Below the pieces are notes generated by a model that was not told the DNA's origin, ran no database searches, and saw only the letters and a list, made by a program, of their open reading frames with translations. DNA of 64,000 bases, taken from NCBI GenBank assembly GCA_963746775.1, contig CAVVCK010000001.1, forward strand, positions 147,050-211,049, given 5' to 3'. Below, piece by piece: positions 18,204 to 27,869 of the stretch. This DNA comes from an uncultured bacterium. GTDB lineage: Bacteria > Patescibacteriota > JABMPQ01 > CAVVCK01. The position numbers and the translations under genes were made by a program. Position 1 is the first letter of the stretch; every line of letters begins with the position of its first letter.

Positions 18204-18761
18204 TTATACGCTCATGATCTCAGCTTCTTTCTTTTTACCTATTTCTTCGACTTCTTTATTATAATTCTCTATTACTTTATTTAAATCTTCCTGCGCCTTA
18301 TACTTATCATCTTCCGTTATATTGCCACCTTCTTCTAAATCTTTTATCTCTTTCCAACATTTTTCCCTTACCGCTCTTAAACTAATTCGTGCTTCTTCTA
18401 ATTTTTGACTCATAATACTTGCAATTTCCTTGCGTCTTTCTTCTGTTAAAGAAGGAATGATAATTCTTAAAACAGTACCATCATTAACTGGATTTAATCC
18501 TAAATCTGAAGCTTGTATTCCCTTCTCGATGTTACTCATAATATTTTTATCATATGGTTGAATTACTATCATCTGCGGTTCTGGAACATTAATGGTAGCT
18601 AATTGCTGCAACGGTGTCATCACCCCATAGCATTCCACCCTAAGATCAGAAACAAGCCCGGCATTTGCCCGACCTGTTTTAATTTTAGACAATTCTCCTT
18701 TAAGAAAATCTATAGACTGTTTCATTGCTTTTTCTGCTTCTTTTATTTTTTCCTGATACAT
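18204..18761 (-). CDS. frr: Ribosome recycling factor
   Basis: 185 aa with typical RRF sequence (..TGRANAGLVSDLRVECYGVMTPLQQLATINVPEP..). Confidence 0.9.
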   Translation of the reverse strand: MYQEKIKEAEKAMKQSIDFLKGELSKIKTGRANAGLVSDLRVECYGVMTPLQQLATINVPEPQMIVIQPYDKNIMSNIEKGIQASDLGLNPVNDGTVLRIIIPSLTEERRKEIASIMSQKLEEARISLRAVREKCWKEIKDLEEGGNITEDDKYKAQEDLNKVIENYNKEVEEIGKKKEAEIMSV

Positions 18762-18771
18762 ATTTTTATTA

Positions 18772-19818
18772 TTAATTTGTTGGTAATTTGGCTATGCCTA
18801 CATAAATTTTCTGAATATCTTGAGGATCGCAAGCAATAGCATATATTAAATCAGTTGTGATTCTATTAACTTCCCAGCTTTGCCCATCATCATTGGACTT
18901 ATAAATCGCAGAGTCTATCCCTAAATAAATACTTGAAGAATCTTTATTTATTGCAATTTTAATAGTCCCTTTTTTTTCAACATCAGTTAATATATCAGCT
19001 TTCCTCCAGCTATCTCCTTCGTCATCAGATATTAATAATCCTTCCAAAGAAGTGTAATATACTCTACCTAATTTTTGCGAATCAAAAGCTAATGATTGAA
19101 CTTTAGCAGTTTTACTGCTAAATTCATCTGAAATTTTCTCTTCTAAACTAACCCATTCCTCTCCTCCATTGGTTGTTTTATATATACCATTAGAGGCAGT
19201 ACCTATTAAGATATGCCGGGTATCATGGGTACTTATAACTATGTTATTAATATCATCTTTTAATTTATTTTGAAGAACCCAGCTACGACCACCATCTTCA
19301 CTTTTTAAGATAGCTCCTTCGGAAGTTCCTGCATAAATTTTTCTTGTATCATATGAATCAATAGCTATATCCATCACAGCATTTTTTTCGTGTGTTTCGG
19401 AATATATCTCTTCAAAATTTTGCCCTCCATTAGTACTTTTAAATATTTTTCCCAATGTACCAAAATATCCAGCCACATACATTATGTTTGGATCCTTAGA
19501 ATCTATACTAATAGCATTTATGTTGCCACTAGCTAATACTAACTGTTGCCAAGTTTCACCTTCATCTGATGTTTTATAAAGACCTTTTCCTCTAGTTCCA
19601 ATAAAAATTATTTTAGAATCTTGGGGATTAATTGATAATGAAATAACATTAATACTCTTGATTGATTTTTTATCATCTATTTTTACTTTTTGTTGCCAAG
19701 ATTTTCCTTCGTCGCTACTTTTAAAAACACCTAAATTAGAAGAATTATTTGAACAAGAAATTCCACTTAAAACAACCGATGATAATAACAAAACCCCTAA
19801 AATTATTTTTTTATTCAT
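18772..19818 (-). CDS. Secreted BNR/Asp-box repeat beta-propeller protein, probable lipoprotein
   Basis: Signal peptide ending LSGISCS. At least 6 Asp-box-like repeats (SDEGKSW, SDEGETW, SEDGGRSW, TNGGEEW, SDDEGDSW, SNDDGQSW). Confidence 0.5.
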   Translation of the reverse strand: MNKKIILGVLLLSSVVLSGISCSNNSSNLGVFKSSDEGKSWQQKVKIDDKKSIKSINVISLSINPQDSKIIFIGTRGKGLYKTSDEGETWQQLVLASGNINAISIDSKDPNIMYVAGYFGTLGKIFKSTNGGQNFEEIYSETHEKNAVMDIAIDSYDTRKIYAGTSEGAILKSEDGGRSWVLQNKLKDDINNIVISTHDTRHILIGTASNGIYKTTNGGEEWVSLEEKISDEFSSKTAKVQSLAFDSQKLGRVYYTSLEGLLISDDEGDSWRKADILTDVEKKGTIKIAINKDSSSIYLGIDSAIYKSNDDGQSWEVNRITTDLIYAIACDPQDIQKIYVGIAKLPTN

Positions 19819-19830
19819 TTTTAAAAAATT

Positions 19831-20811
19831 TTATAAACTTATGATCAAATTTTCTATTAATAGCTTTTTATTAATATTTCTTGATAATAAGGAAATTCCT
19901 TCATTTATTTTTATAATATTCTCACTAATTTTTTTTAAAGAATACTTTTTTAAAATCTTCTCAGATAACATACTTTCTTCTTTTTGATAAAGCCCTAATT
20001 TATAAAACATCATATTCCTAAAATACATTTTCCATGATTCCAAAAATATTTTTATTTCAAATTTTTCTTTTTTAGCTATCTTCGTTGCTTGATTAAGCCT
20101 TCCATCAATACCACTAACATCACTTAATATACCTTCAAAGCTTTTTTTAATATTATCTATTTCTTCTAATTTTTTTCTATTCTCTAAATATTTAAAAATA
20201 ACTCCTGGTCTGTTACCTGCATTTGGATATATTCTTTCTAATAAATCTTTTTCAATACTTTTACTATAATACGTAGAAAAATATTTCTCAATTTCATTAC
20301 TAGTTGGATTTAAAAAGTTAAATAAAACACATCTGGACACAATAGTTGGTAGCAATTTTTGATAATTTTCAGTTGTTAAAATAATTATGGCCTTTCCGCT
20401 TGGTTCTTCTAAAATTTTTAATAACGCATTAGCTGCTTCAATGGTTAATTTTTCAATGTTAGTTAACAAGCAAATTTTATATAAAGACATAGAAGCACCC
20501 AGCGATAATATGTGTTTTAATTTTCTAATATCCTTAATTTTCAAAGACTCTTTACTATCATAAACATTTATATCCGGATGCAAGCCTTGCTCTATACTTT
20601 TACACGAATTACATTCACCACACGGACGAGACTCACCTAAACATTGAACTGATTTTATAAGATTTTGAGCAACAAATGTTTTGCCAATACCAGATACCCC
20701 AGAAAATAGAAGAGCATGCGGTAATTTCTGTTTTACAATAATATTATTTAAAATATTTACTATTTTCTGATGACCTATAACCGGCCATTTTTTTAAATTA
20801 AAGCTATTCAC
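19831..20811 (-). CDS. holB: DNA polymerase III delta' subunit
   Basis: AAA+ clamp-loader N-terminus (PHALLFSGVSGIGKTFVAQNL) with a CGECNSC zinc module. Its 326-aa length fits delta' rather than tau. Confidence 0.65.
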   Translation of the reverse strand: MNSFNLKKWPVIGHQKIVNILNNIIVKQKLPHALLFSGVSGIGKTFVAQNLIKSVQCLGESRPCGECNSCKSIEQGLHPDINVYDSKESLKIKDIRKLKHILSLGASMSLYKICLLTNIEKLTIEAANALLKILEEPSGKAIIILTTENYQKLLPTIVSRCVLFNFLNPTSNEIEKYFSTYYSKSIEKDLLERIYPNAGNRPGVIFKYLENRKKLEEIDNIKKSFEGILSDVSGIDGRLNQATKIAKKEKFEIKIFLESWKMYFRNMMFYKLGLYQKEESMLSEKILKKYSLKKISENIIKINEGISLLSRNINKKLLIENLIISL

Positions 20812-20858
20812 AGATTTTTACTTAGTTTCTACTTTAATTTATCACAAAATAAAGCTTA

Positions 20859-21974
20859 TCACAAGGACTTAAAAACCTCTAAAGTCTCCACAGCACACTT
20901 ATTCCAACTAAATTCTTTGATACGCTTCCTGCCCAAATTGATTAACTCTTTTTGTAATTTTTCATTCTTCATCAATTCTAATATTTTTTGTGCAATATCT
21001 TGTACAGAATTAGGATTAAAAAGAAAAGCGGCTTTATCTACTACTTCCGGAATAGACCCAGAACTAGCTGCCACTACTGGTACATCACATGACATAGCTT
21101 CTAGCGGCGGTATACCAAAACCTTCGTATTTTGAAGGAAAAACAAAAACCTTAGCCATATTCATAATACAAACAACATCCTGAATATTAATCCAACCTAA
21201 TTCAATTATTTTATCTTGAAGTCCTTGTTGCTTAATTTCCTCAACTATTTCGCTATAACCTGTCTCGGGTTCTCCAATTAAAACTAACTTATATCCTTTT
21301 AATTCCTGATAATTTGAAATTTGCTTAAAAGCCTTGATCAAATTTGGAATGTTTTTTTTAAAATTAATTCGTCCCACAAACAAAATATAATTTTTTGGCA
21401 AATTATATTTTTTTCTTACTTTTTCTAATTTTACTTTATCATCTATAACCTTATACTCACCCTTATCAAAACCTTGGTGTATAACTTTGATTTTATTTTC
21501 ATTAATATCACACAATTCTATCATTTCTCTTTTAGAAAATTCAGATATAGTAATTATTTTTGAAGCTTTTTTTATAGCTTGTTCTAACCCAAAATTATGA
21601 TATTTTAACTCTAAAGAAGAATAAAGTTCTGGAAATCTTCTAAAACCCACATCATGAATAGTAGTAACTGTTTTTTTGGGTGAAATCAGGGGTATAATAT
21701 GTGCTGGTACAAATAATTGTTCAGGTGGGTTTTTCTTCATTTCATAAGACATCCTAAGCATTGTCCATAAATATTTAGGTAACCATTTTAAAATTTTTTC
21801 TTCAAAGTTATCAGGCAGATCCCCTAGCTTTCCCTTTAATTCACTTGGAGTATATAAAAAATATCGATTCTGAGAATCGATTTTAGCTAGTTCTAAAATT
21901 AAATTATATGAATACCATTCAGTACCTGTTTTAACATCTCTATTAGCACGAGAAGCATCTATGCCGATATACAT
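20859..21974 (-). CDS. Glycosyltransferase, GT4 family (GT-B fold)
   Basis: C-terminal EGFGIPPLEAMSCDVPVVAASSGSIPEVV motif; 371 aa. Confidence 0.8.
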   Translation of the reverse strand: MYIGIDASRANRDVKTGTEWYSYNLILELAKIDSQNRYFLYTPSELKGKLGDLPDNFEEKILKWLPKYLWTMLRMSYEMKKNPPEQLFVPAHIIPLISPKKTVTTIHDVGFRRFPELYSSLELKYHNFGLEQAIKKASKIITISEFSKREMIELCDINENKIKVIHQGFDKGEYKVIDDKVKLEKVRKKYNLPKNYILFVGRINFKKNIPNLIKAFKQISNYQELKGYKLVLIGEPETGYSEIVEEIKQQGLQDKIIELGWINIQDVVCIMNMAKVFVFPSKYEGFGIPPLEAMSCDVPVVAASSGSIPEVVDKAAFLFNPNSVQDIAQKILELMKNEKLQKELINLGRKRIKEFSWNKCAVETLEVFKSL

Positions 21975-21989
21975 AATTATTTGAACAAA

Positions 21990-22997
21990 TTATTTTTTCA
22001 ATAATATATTTCTTTTATATGAGTCTAAATTCTCAATTGCAATACCTGCTCCCTTACCAACACATAATAAAGGATCCTCCGCTACATAAGTAGATACTCC
22101 GGTAGCTTTAGTAATTAATTTATCAAGATTAGTAATTAAAGCTCCACCACCAGTTAATACTATGCCTTTTTCTATAACATCAGATGCTAGCTCTGGGGGT
22201 GTTTCTTGCAATACCTCTTTTATAACTTGAATAATTTCACGCAATGGATCTTGAATTGCTTCATTAACTTCATTGGAATTAATGGTAATCATTTTAGGTA
22301 AACCGGTCACCATGTCACGACCTTTAATCTCCATTAATTTTGGTTCATTATAGGGCAATGCTGTACCAATATTAATTTTTATTCTTTCAGATGTTCTATC
22401 ACCTACTGCCAAACCATGTTTTTTTCTAATATAATCAGCTATAGCTGTATCAATTTTATTACCAGCCATTCTAGCAGAACTAGCTGTCACAATACCCCCT
22501 AAAGATATAACACCCACTTCTGTAGTACCACCACCAATGTCAATAACCATATGACCACTTGATTGAGCGATAGGTATACCAGCTCCAATAGCAGCTGCTA
22601 GGGGCTCTTTTATTAAATAAGCTGCCTTAGCCCCTGCTTGAATAGTAGCATCAATAACCGCCCTTCGTTCGGTACTAGTAATACCAGCCGGAACAGAAAC
22701 CATAACTTCAGGCCTAAAAATTCTTAAATTACCAATAGCCTTACTAATAAAGTAATGAAGCATTGCTTCTGTAATTCTATAATCTGCAATAACACCATCT
22801 CTCATCGGACAAGAAGCTACGATGCTATCTGGAGTTCTGCCTAACATCCCTTTGGCTTCATCACCTACAGCCAGGATTGAATTATCATCGAGAGAGATTG
22901 CTACGACTGAAGGTTCATTAATAACTATGCCCTTCTTTGAAGCATAAACTAAAGTATTTGCAGTTCCCAAATCGATAGCTATTTTTTTTATAAACAT
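21990..22997 (-). CDS. Second MreB-like actin homologue (paralog)
   Basis: IAIDLGTANTLVYASKKGIVINEPSVVA and DIGGGTTEVGVISLGG motifs; 335 aa; separate from the mreBCD operon. Confidence 0.8.
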   Translation of the reverse strand: MFIKKIAIDLGTANTLVYASKKGIVINEPSVVAISLDDNSILAVGDEAKGMLGRTPDSIVASCPMRDGVIADYRITEAMLHYFISKAIGNLRIFRPEVMVSVPAGITSTERRAVIDATIQAGAKAAYLIKEPLAAAIGAGIPIAQSSGHMVIDIGGGTTEVGVISLGGIVTASSARMAGNKIDTAIADYIRKKHGLAVGDRTSERIKINIGTALPYNEPKLMEIKGRDMVTGLPKMITINSNEVNEAIQDPLREIIQVIKEVLQETPPELASDVIEKGIVLTGGGALITNLDKLITKATGVSTYVAEDPLLCVGKGAGIAIENLDSYKRNILLKK

Positions 22998-23007
22998 AAA
23001 AATATAA

Positions 23008-24261
23008 TTATACTCTTTTTATATCAGCACCTATTGCTTTCAACCTACTTTCAATATCTTCATATCCACGATCAATTTGCTCTATGTTCTCAATCTCACT
23101 TTGTCCCTCTGCTATTAAGGCTGCTAAAACTAAAGCTATGCCTGCTCTAATATCTGGACTTTCCATTTTTATTCCATAAAGTTTGGTGGGGCCTGATATT
23201 ACTACTCTATGAGGATCACACATAACAATATTTGCTCCCATTTTATTTAAGGTATCAGTATAAAACAATCTACCTTCGTAAATAACTTCATGGACCAAAC
23301 TCATCCCTCTGGCTTGTGTTAATAAAACAGTAAATGGAGCTTGTAAATCAGTAGCAAATCCAGGATACTCTCTTGTCCTTAATTCGCAATGATTAAATGT
23401 AGAAGAATTGTTAATATACACATTCTTTCCTTTTATGTCAAATTTTACTCCTATTTTTTCTAACATTTTCCAAAATACTTCCAAATGAGTTGGCTCACAG
23501 TTTTTTATTTCCAATTTTCCACCAGATAAAGCTCCTAATATGGCAAAAGTTCCAGCTTCTATGCGATCTGGTATCATTTCAAAACTCCCACCCGAAATAT
23601 TGTTAACTCCTTCAATTTCTATGGTATGGGTTCCAATTCCAGAAATTTTTGCTCCACATTGATTTAAGTTCTCACATAAAGCTACTACTTCTGGCTCACA
23701 AGCAGAATTTATTAAAGTTGTCTTACCCTTGGTAAGACAAGCAGTCATAACAGCACTCTCTGTAGCCGTATGGCTAATCCAGGGAAAAACAAATTTAGAA
23801 CCAGTTAGATTCTTAGCTTTTATATGATAATAGTCATCCTTTTTTTCAATCTCTGCTCCAAACGATTTAAAATTATTCAAAAAAATATCTATTGGACGTC
23901 TTCCGATAGCATCACCACCAGGATTTGGAAATTTAACTTCTCCAAATCTAGTAAGCAAAGGTGCCATAAACATTATTGAAGCTCTTAATTGAGAAACTAA
24001 TTTTGAATCTAGCTCTATCTTATTAATATTGTCACATTTTATACTATATTCATTTTTTCCTTTTTTCACTACTTTTGCACCAATATCTTCTAATATCTGA
24101 ACCATAATTCTGACATCTGCAATATCAGGAATATTTTTCAAATTCCATTCTTTATCTGACAAAATAGTAGCTGCTAGCATCTTTAAAGCTTCATTTTTAG
24201 CTCCAGACACAGCTATTTCACCGGAAATTTTGTTCTTACCATTTATTATAAATTTACTCAT
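23008..24261 (-). CDS. murA: UDP-N-acetylglucosamine 1-carboxyvinyltransferase, Asp variant at the fosfomycin-target Cys position
   Basis: N-terminus FIINGKNKISGEIAVSGAKNEALKMLAA. Active-site loop reads PNPGGDAIGRRPID (E. coli: LPGGCTIGARPVD). Confidence 0.9.
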   Translation of the reverse strand: MSKFIINGKNKISGEIAVSGAKNEALKMLAATILSDKEWNLKNIPDIADVRIMVQILEDIGAKVVKKGKNEYSIKCDNINKIELDSKLVSQLRASIMFMAPLLTRFGEVKFPNPGGDAIGRRPIDIFLNNFKSFGAEIEKKDDYYHIKAKNLTGSKFVFPWISHTATESAVMTACLTKGKTTLINSACEPEVVALCENLNQCGAKISGIGTHTIEIEGVNNISGGSFEMIPDRIEAGTFAILGALSGGKLEIKNCEPTHLEVFWKMLEKIGVKFDIKGKNVYINNSSTFNHCELRTREYPGFATDLQAPFTVLLTQARGMSLVHEVIYEGRLFYTDTLNKMGANIVMCDPHRVVISGPTKLYGIKMESPDIRAGIALVLAALIAEGQSEIENIEQIDRGYEDIESRLKAIGADIKRV

Positions 24262-24295
24262 ATTTAGCTATTATTTCTATTTTATATGCAAAAAT

Positions 24296-24304
24296 ATTAT
24301 AACA
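24296..24304 (-). promoter_or_regulatory. Candidate extended -10 promoter element for murA
   Basis: The minus strand reads TGTTATAAT (TGnTATAAT) about 30 nt upstream of the murA ATG. Confidence 0.3.
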
Positions 24305-24355
24305 AAACTATATAAAATAAAAAGGCTATTTGGCTTATAAATAATACAACTCGTA

Positions 24356-24384
24356 TTGACAATATTGTTCATAAAAAAGATAAT
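24356..24384 (+). promoter_or_regulatory. Sigma-70-type promoter for glmS
   Basis: TTGACA (24356-24361), 17-nt spacer, GATAAT (24379-24384); 33 nt upstream of the glmS ATG. Confidence 0.5.
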
Positions 24385-24417
24385 ATACTTATTAAAATTA
24401 ATAAAAATAATTAACTT

Positions 24418-26244
24418 ATGTGTGGAATAATTGGATATATAGGTAATAAAGAAGCTTTGCCAATCTTAATTCAAGGCTTAAAAAGGTTAGAATATCGTGG
24501 ATATGATAGTGCCGGCGTAGCAATAATAAATAATGGTAAAATAAAAAGATTAAGATCGGTTGGAAAAATCGATAAATTAGTAGAAAAAATTAAAAAACAA
24601 GATTTTCCTGGTAGTATTGGTATTGCTCATACTCGTTGGGCAACTCATGGTGGTGTAACTGAAGCCAACGCCCATCCTCATGTGTCTTGCAATGGTAAAA
24701 TTTCCTTAGTACATAATGGAATTATTGAAAATTATCAGGAAATAAAAGATAAATTAAAGAAAAAACATATTTTTTCTTCTACTACTGATACGGAAGTATT
24801 AGCACATTTAATAGAAGAAAATTATGAAAATAATTTACAAAAGGCTGTAGAAAAATCTCTATTAAAAGTTAGAGGTACTTATGGTATCGCTGTTATTTCG
24901 AATGACGAACCAGATAAAATAGTTGTTGCCCGTTTAGGCAGCCCTATTGTAATTGGCATAGGACAAAATGAATACTTTTTTGCCAGCGATCCCACTCCCA
25001 TGTTACCCTATGCTAAAAATTTCATATTTTTAAAAGATGGCGAATTAGCAGTTATAAGCCAAGATAAGATTAAAATAATTAGTATAAAAAGAGGTATAGA
25101 AATAAAAAAGAAAATCGAAATGATTGACTGGAGTGAAGCACAAGCACAGAAACAAGGCTACACCCATTTTATGTTGAAAGAAATATCAGAACAATCAGAT
25201 GTTCTTCAAGATGCTATTAGAGGTAGGTATAACATAAAAGAAGGTACTGCTCATCTGGGAGGATTAAATATGACTGAAAAAGAAATGCAAGATATAAATA
25301 AGATTTTTTTTATCGCCTGCGGAACTGCTTCCTATGCTGCCATGATTGGCAAATATGCCTTTGAAAGATTAGCGGGTATTTCAACTGAGGTAGATGTCTC
25401 TAGTGAGTTTCGCTATCGCGATCCAGTAATTGATAAACACACTCTAGTATTTGCCGTATCTCAGTCAGGAGAGACCCTAGATACTCTAGCAGCCCTGCGA
25501 GAAGCAAAAAGAAGAGGCGCTCAGGTACGAGGAATTGTGAACTCTATAGGATCAAGCATTGCCAGAGAAGCTGATGGTGGAACCTATATTCATGCCGGAC
25601 CAGAATTAGCTGTTGCTTCAACTAAAGCCTATACTAATATGCTGGCTATTATGATTCTATACGCCTTACAATTTGGACGCCTGCAAAGACTTTCTCTCGG
25701 CACCGGCAAAAAATTAATTAATGCATTATTAGAAATACCGGAAAAAATAGAACAGATACTTCAAACAAGTAATTCAATAAAAAAAATAGCAAAAAAATAT
25801 AGTAAATATCAAGGATTTTTATTTCTTGGCAGAGGTGTCAATTATCCTGTAGCTTTAGAAGGATCACATAAATTAAAAGAGGTATCATATATTCATAGCG
25901 AAGCTTACCCTGCCGGTGAAATGAAACATGGAGTTAATGCCCTATTATCTGAGAATTTCCCAGTTTTAGCTATTATGACCAAAAATCAACTATATGATAA
26001 AATGAGAAGCAATATTGAAGAAGTAAAAGTTCGCAAAAGTAAAATTATTATTTTAGCCAACACAGGAGATAAAAAAGCAGCAGCTCTAGCAAATGACATT
26101 ATTTATGTTCCGAAAACGATGGAACTATTAGAACCGCTTTTAAATACTATTCCCCTGCAACTATTTGCTTATCACATGGCCGTAATACTTAAAAAAGATG
26201 TTGATCGTCCTAGAAATTTAGCAAAAAGTGTTACTGTAGAATAA
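24418..26244 (+). CDS. glmS: Glutamine--fructose-6-phosphate aminotransferase
   Basis: MCGIIGYIG N-terminal nucleophile; two SIS domains; C-terminal ..DVDRPRNLAKSVTVE; 608 aa. Confidence 0.95.
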   Translation: MCGIIGYIGNKEALPILIQGLKRLEYRGYDSAGVAIINNGKIKRLRSVGKIDKLVEKIKKQDFPGSIGIAHTRWATHGGVTEANAHPHVSCNGKISLVHNGIIENYQEIKDKLKKKHIFSSTTDTEVLAHLIEENYENNLQKAVEKSLLKVRGTYGIAVISNDEPDKIVVARLGSPIVIGIGQNEYFFASDPTPMLPYAKNFIFLKDGELAVISQDKIKIISIKRGIEIKKKIEMIDWSEAQAQKQGYTHFMLKEISEQSDVLQDAIRGRYNIKEGTAHLGGLNMTEKEMQDINKIFFIACGTASYAAMIGKYAFERLAGISTEVDVSSEFRYRDPVIDKHTLVFAVSQSGETLDTLAALREAKRRGAQVRGIVNSIGSSIAREADGGTYIHAGPELAVASTKAYTNMLAIMILYALQFGRLQRLSLGTGKKLINALLEIPEKIEQILQTSNSIKKIAKKYSKYQGFLFLGRGVNYPVALEGSHKLKEVSYIHSEAYPAGEMKHGVNALLSENFPVLAIMTKNQLYDKMRSNIEEVKVRKSKIIILANTGDKKAAALANDIIYVPKTMELLEPLLNTIPLQLFAYHMAVILKKDVDRPRNLAKSVTVE

Positions 26245-26257
26245 ATAAACTAACTCT

Positions 26258-27238
26258 ATGAAAAATATAACCTGCATTGGTGGAGCAGCTGGAATATCAA
26301 CAGTATTGTCAGGTTTAAAAAAAAGTAACCATCATTTATCAGCCATATTTCCAATCACGGATGATGGTGGATCAACCGGAAGACTAATAAAGGATTATGA
26401 CATTCTGCCAATGGGAGATTTAAGAAGACTGCTTGTAGCTTTATCGAGAAACAAGAGTATTATAAATAAAATGTTACTCTATAGATTCGATAGAGGAGAA
26501 TTGAAAGGACATGCCTTGGGCGCTATTATGCTTACTGCGCTAGCCCAAATATCCGGAAATATCGAAAATGCTACCGAAGAAATGAAAAAAATACTAAAGA
26601 TAAAACACGATATAATTCCCTCATCGAAACAAAAATCAATTCTCTGTGCTAAATTAGAAAATAATCAAATTATTAAGGGAGAAAACAATATAGATGAGGT
26701 AATAGGATTTGATGGAAATTTAAAAATAAAGGAACTATTTTTAAACCCTATTATAAAAATTAACCCCTCGGCTAAAAAAGCTATTATAAATTCAGACTTA
26801 ATTATTATAGGACCAGGAGACTTACACACAAGCGTATTACCCAATCTTTTGGTTTCTGGAATAGTTAAAGCTATAAATAAATCTGGAGCTAAAATAATTT
26901 ATATTTGTAATTTAATGACAAAATTTGGTCAAACAAATAATTTTTCAATTTCAGATTTTGTATCAGAAATTGAAAAATATTTAGGTAAAAATACGCTAGA
27001 TTACGTAATCTATAATAATCAAAAACCAAGCAATAAAATATTAAAACGTCATAAAATAAGAAAAAGTAAATTTGTTGAAATTGATAAAGAAAACTTTAAC
27101 AATAAATATACTTATTTATCTTCAAATTTGATTGAAAATAAATTATATAAAAACGATGCTGGTGATGCCTTACAAAGAAGCTTAATAAAACATGATCCCA
27201 AAAAATTATCCAAATTAATTCTTTCTTGCCTTAAATAA
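26258..27238 (+). CDS. YvcK/GlmR (CofD-like, UPF0052) family protein
   Basis: GGAAGISTVLSGLK...ITDDGGSTGRL signature of the YvcK/CofD family; 326 aa; immediately downstream of glmS. Confidence 0.8.
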   Translation: MKNITCIGGAAGISTVLSGLKKSNHHLSAIFPITDDGGSTGRLIKDYDILPMGDLRRLLVALSRNKSIINKMLLYRFDRGELKGHALGAIMLTALAQISGNIENATEEMKKILKIKHDIIPSSKQKSILCAKLENNQIIKGENNIDEVIGFDGNLKIKELFLNPIIKINPSAKKAIINSDLIIIGPGDLHTSVLPNLLVSGIVKAINKSGAKIIYICNLMTKFGQTNNFSISDFVSEIEKYLGKNTLDYVIYNNQKPSNKILKRHKIRKSKFVEIDKENFNNKYTYLSSNLIENKLYKNDAGDALQRSLIKHDPKKLSKLILSCLK

Positions 27239-27239
27239 A

Positions 27240-27869
27240 ATGAAAAATAATTTAATAGTTTTACTTGATTTTGATAGAACATTATTTGATACTGACAATT
27301 TTTTATTTGAAATAAAAAAAATCTTTAAAACAATTGGAATTAATGAAAATACGTTTATAAGCAGTTATAAAAAAGTCAAACCCTACAATATTAAAAAACA
27401 TTTAGATTTACTTAAATTAAACCGCCAAAATAAAAGTTTAATCCAAGCAAAATTAAATAAGTTAGCAGATAATTCAAAAAAATACTTATTCTCAGATACA
27501 ATTAAATTTTTAAAGTTTTTAAATAAAAATAATATAAAATGTATTTTAGTTACTTATGGAAACAAAGAATTCCAAAATAATAAAATAAAAAAAAGTAATA
27601 TTAAAATTTATTTAGACGATATTTACATAACTTCCAACAACCAAAATAAAATTAATATTTATAAAAATATTATTACTAAAAACAAAAATAAATCATTTAT
27701 TATAATAGATGATTTAAAAACAAATACTGAAAATGTTACAAAAAAAATTAATCATATGAACTCTATCAGAATAAATCGAAACAAAAATAATACCGAAATT
27801 AGCAATTTCGAAAAATATTACGAAGTTAAAAACTTAGATCAAGCAAAAAAAATAATCTCTCAATTATGA
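27240..27869 (+). CDS. HAD-superfamily hydrolase-like protein (N/K-rich)
   Basis: N-terminal LLDFDRTLFD (DxDxT motif I); 209 aa; highly low-complexity. Confidence 0.4.
   Translation: MKNNLIVLLDFDRTLFDTDNFLFEIKKIFKTIGINENTFISSYKKVKPYNIKKHLDLLKLNRQNKSLIQAKLNKLADNSKKYLFSDTIKFLKFLNKNNIKCILVTYGNKEFQNNKIKKSNIKIYLDDIYITSNNQNKINIYKNIITKNKNKSFIIIDDLKTNTENVTKKINHMNSIRINRNKNNTEISNFEKYYEVKNLDQAKKIISQL

Noticed and set aside
24262-24417. Looked for a glmS ribozyme in the 156-nt leader upstream of glmS
   Set aside because: No conserved ribozyme core is present and the leader is almost pure A/T. A plain TTGACA-17-GATAAT promoter explains the region.
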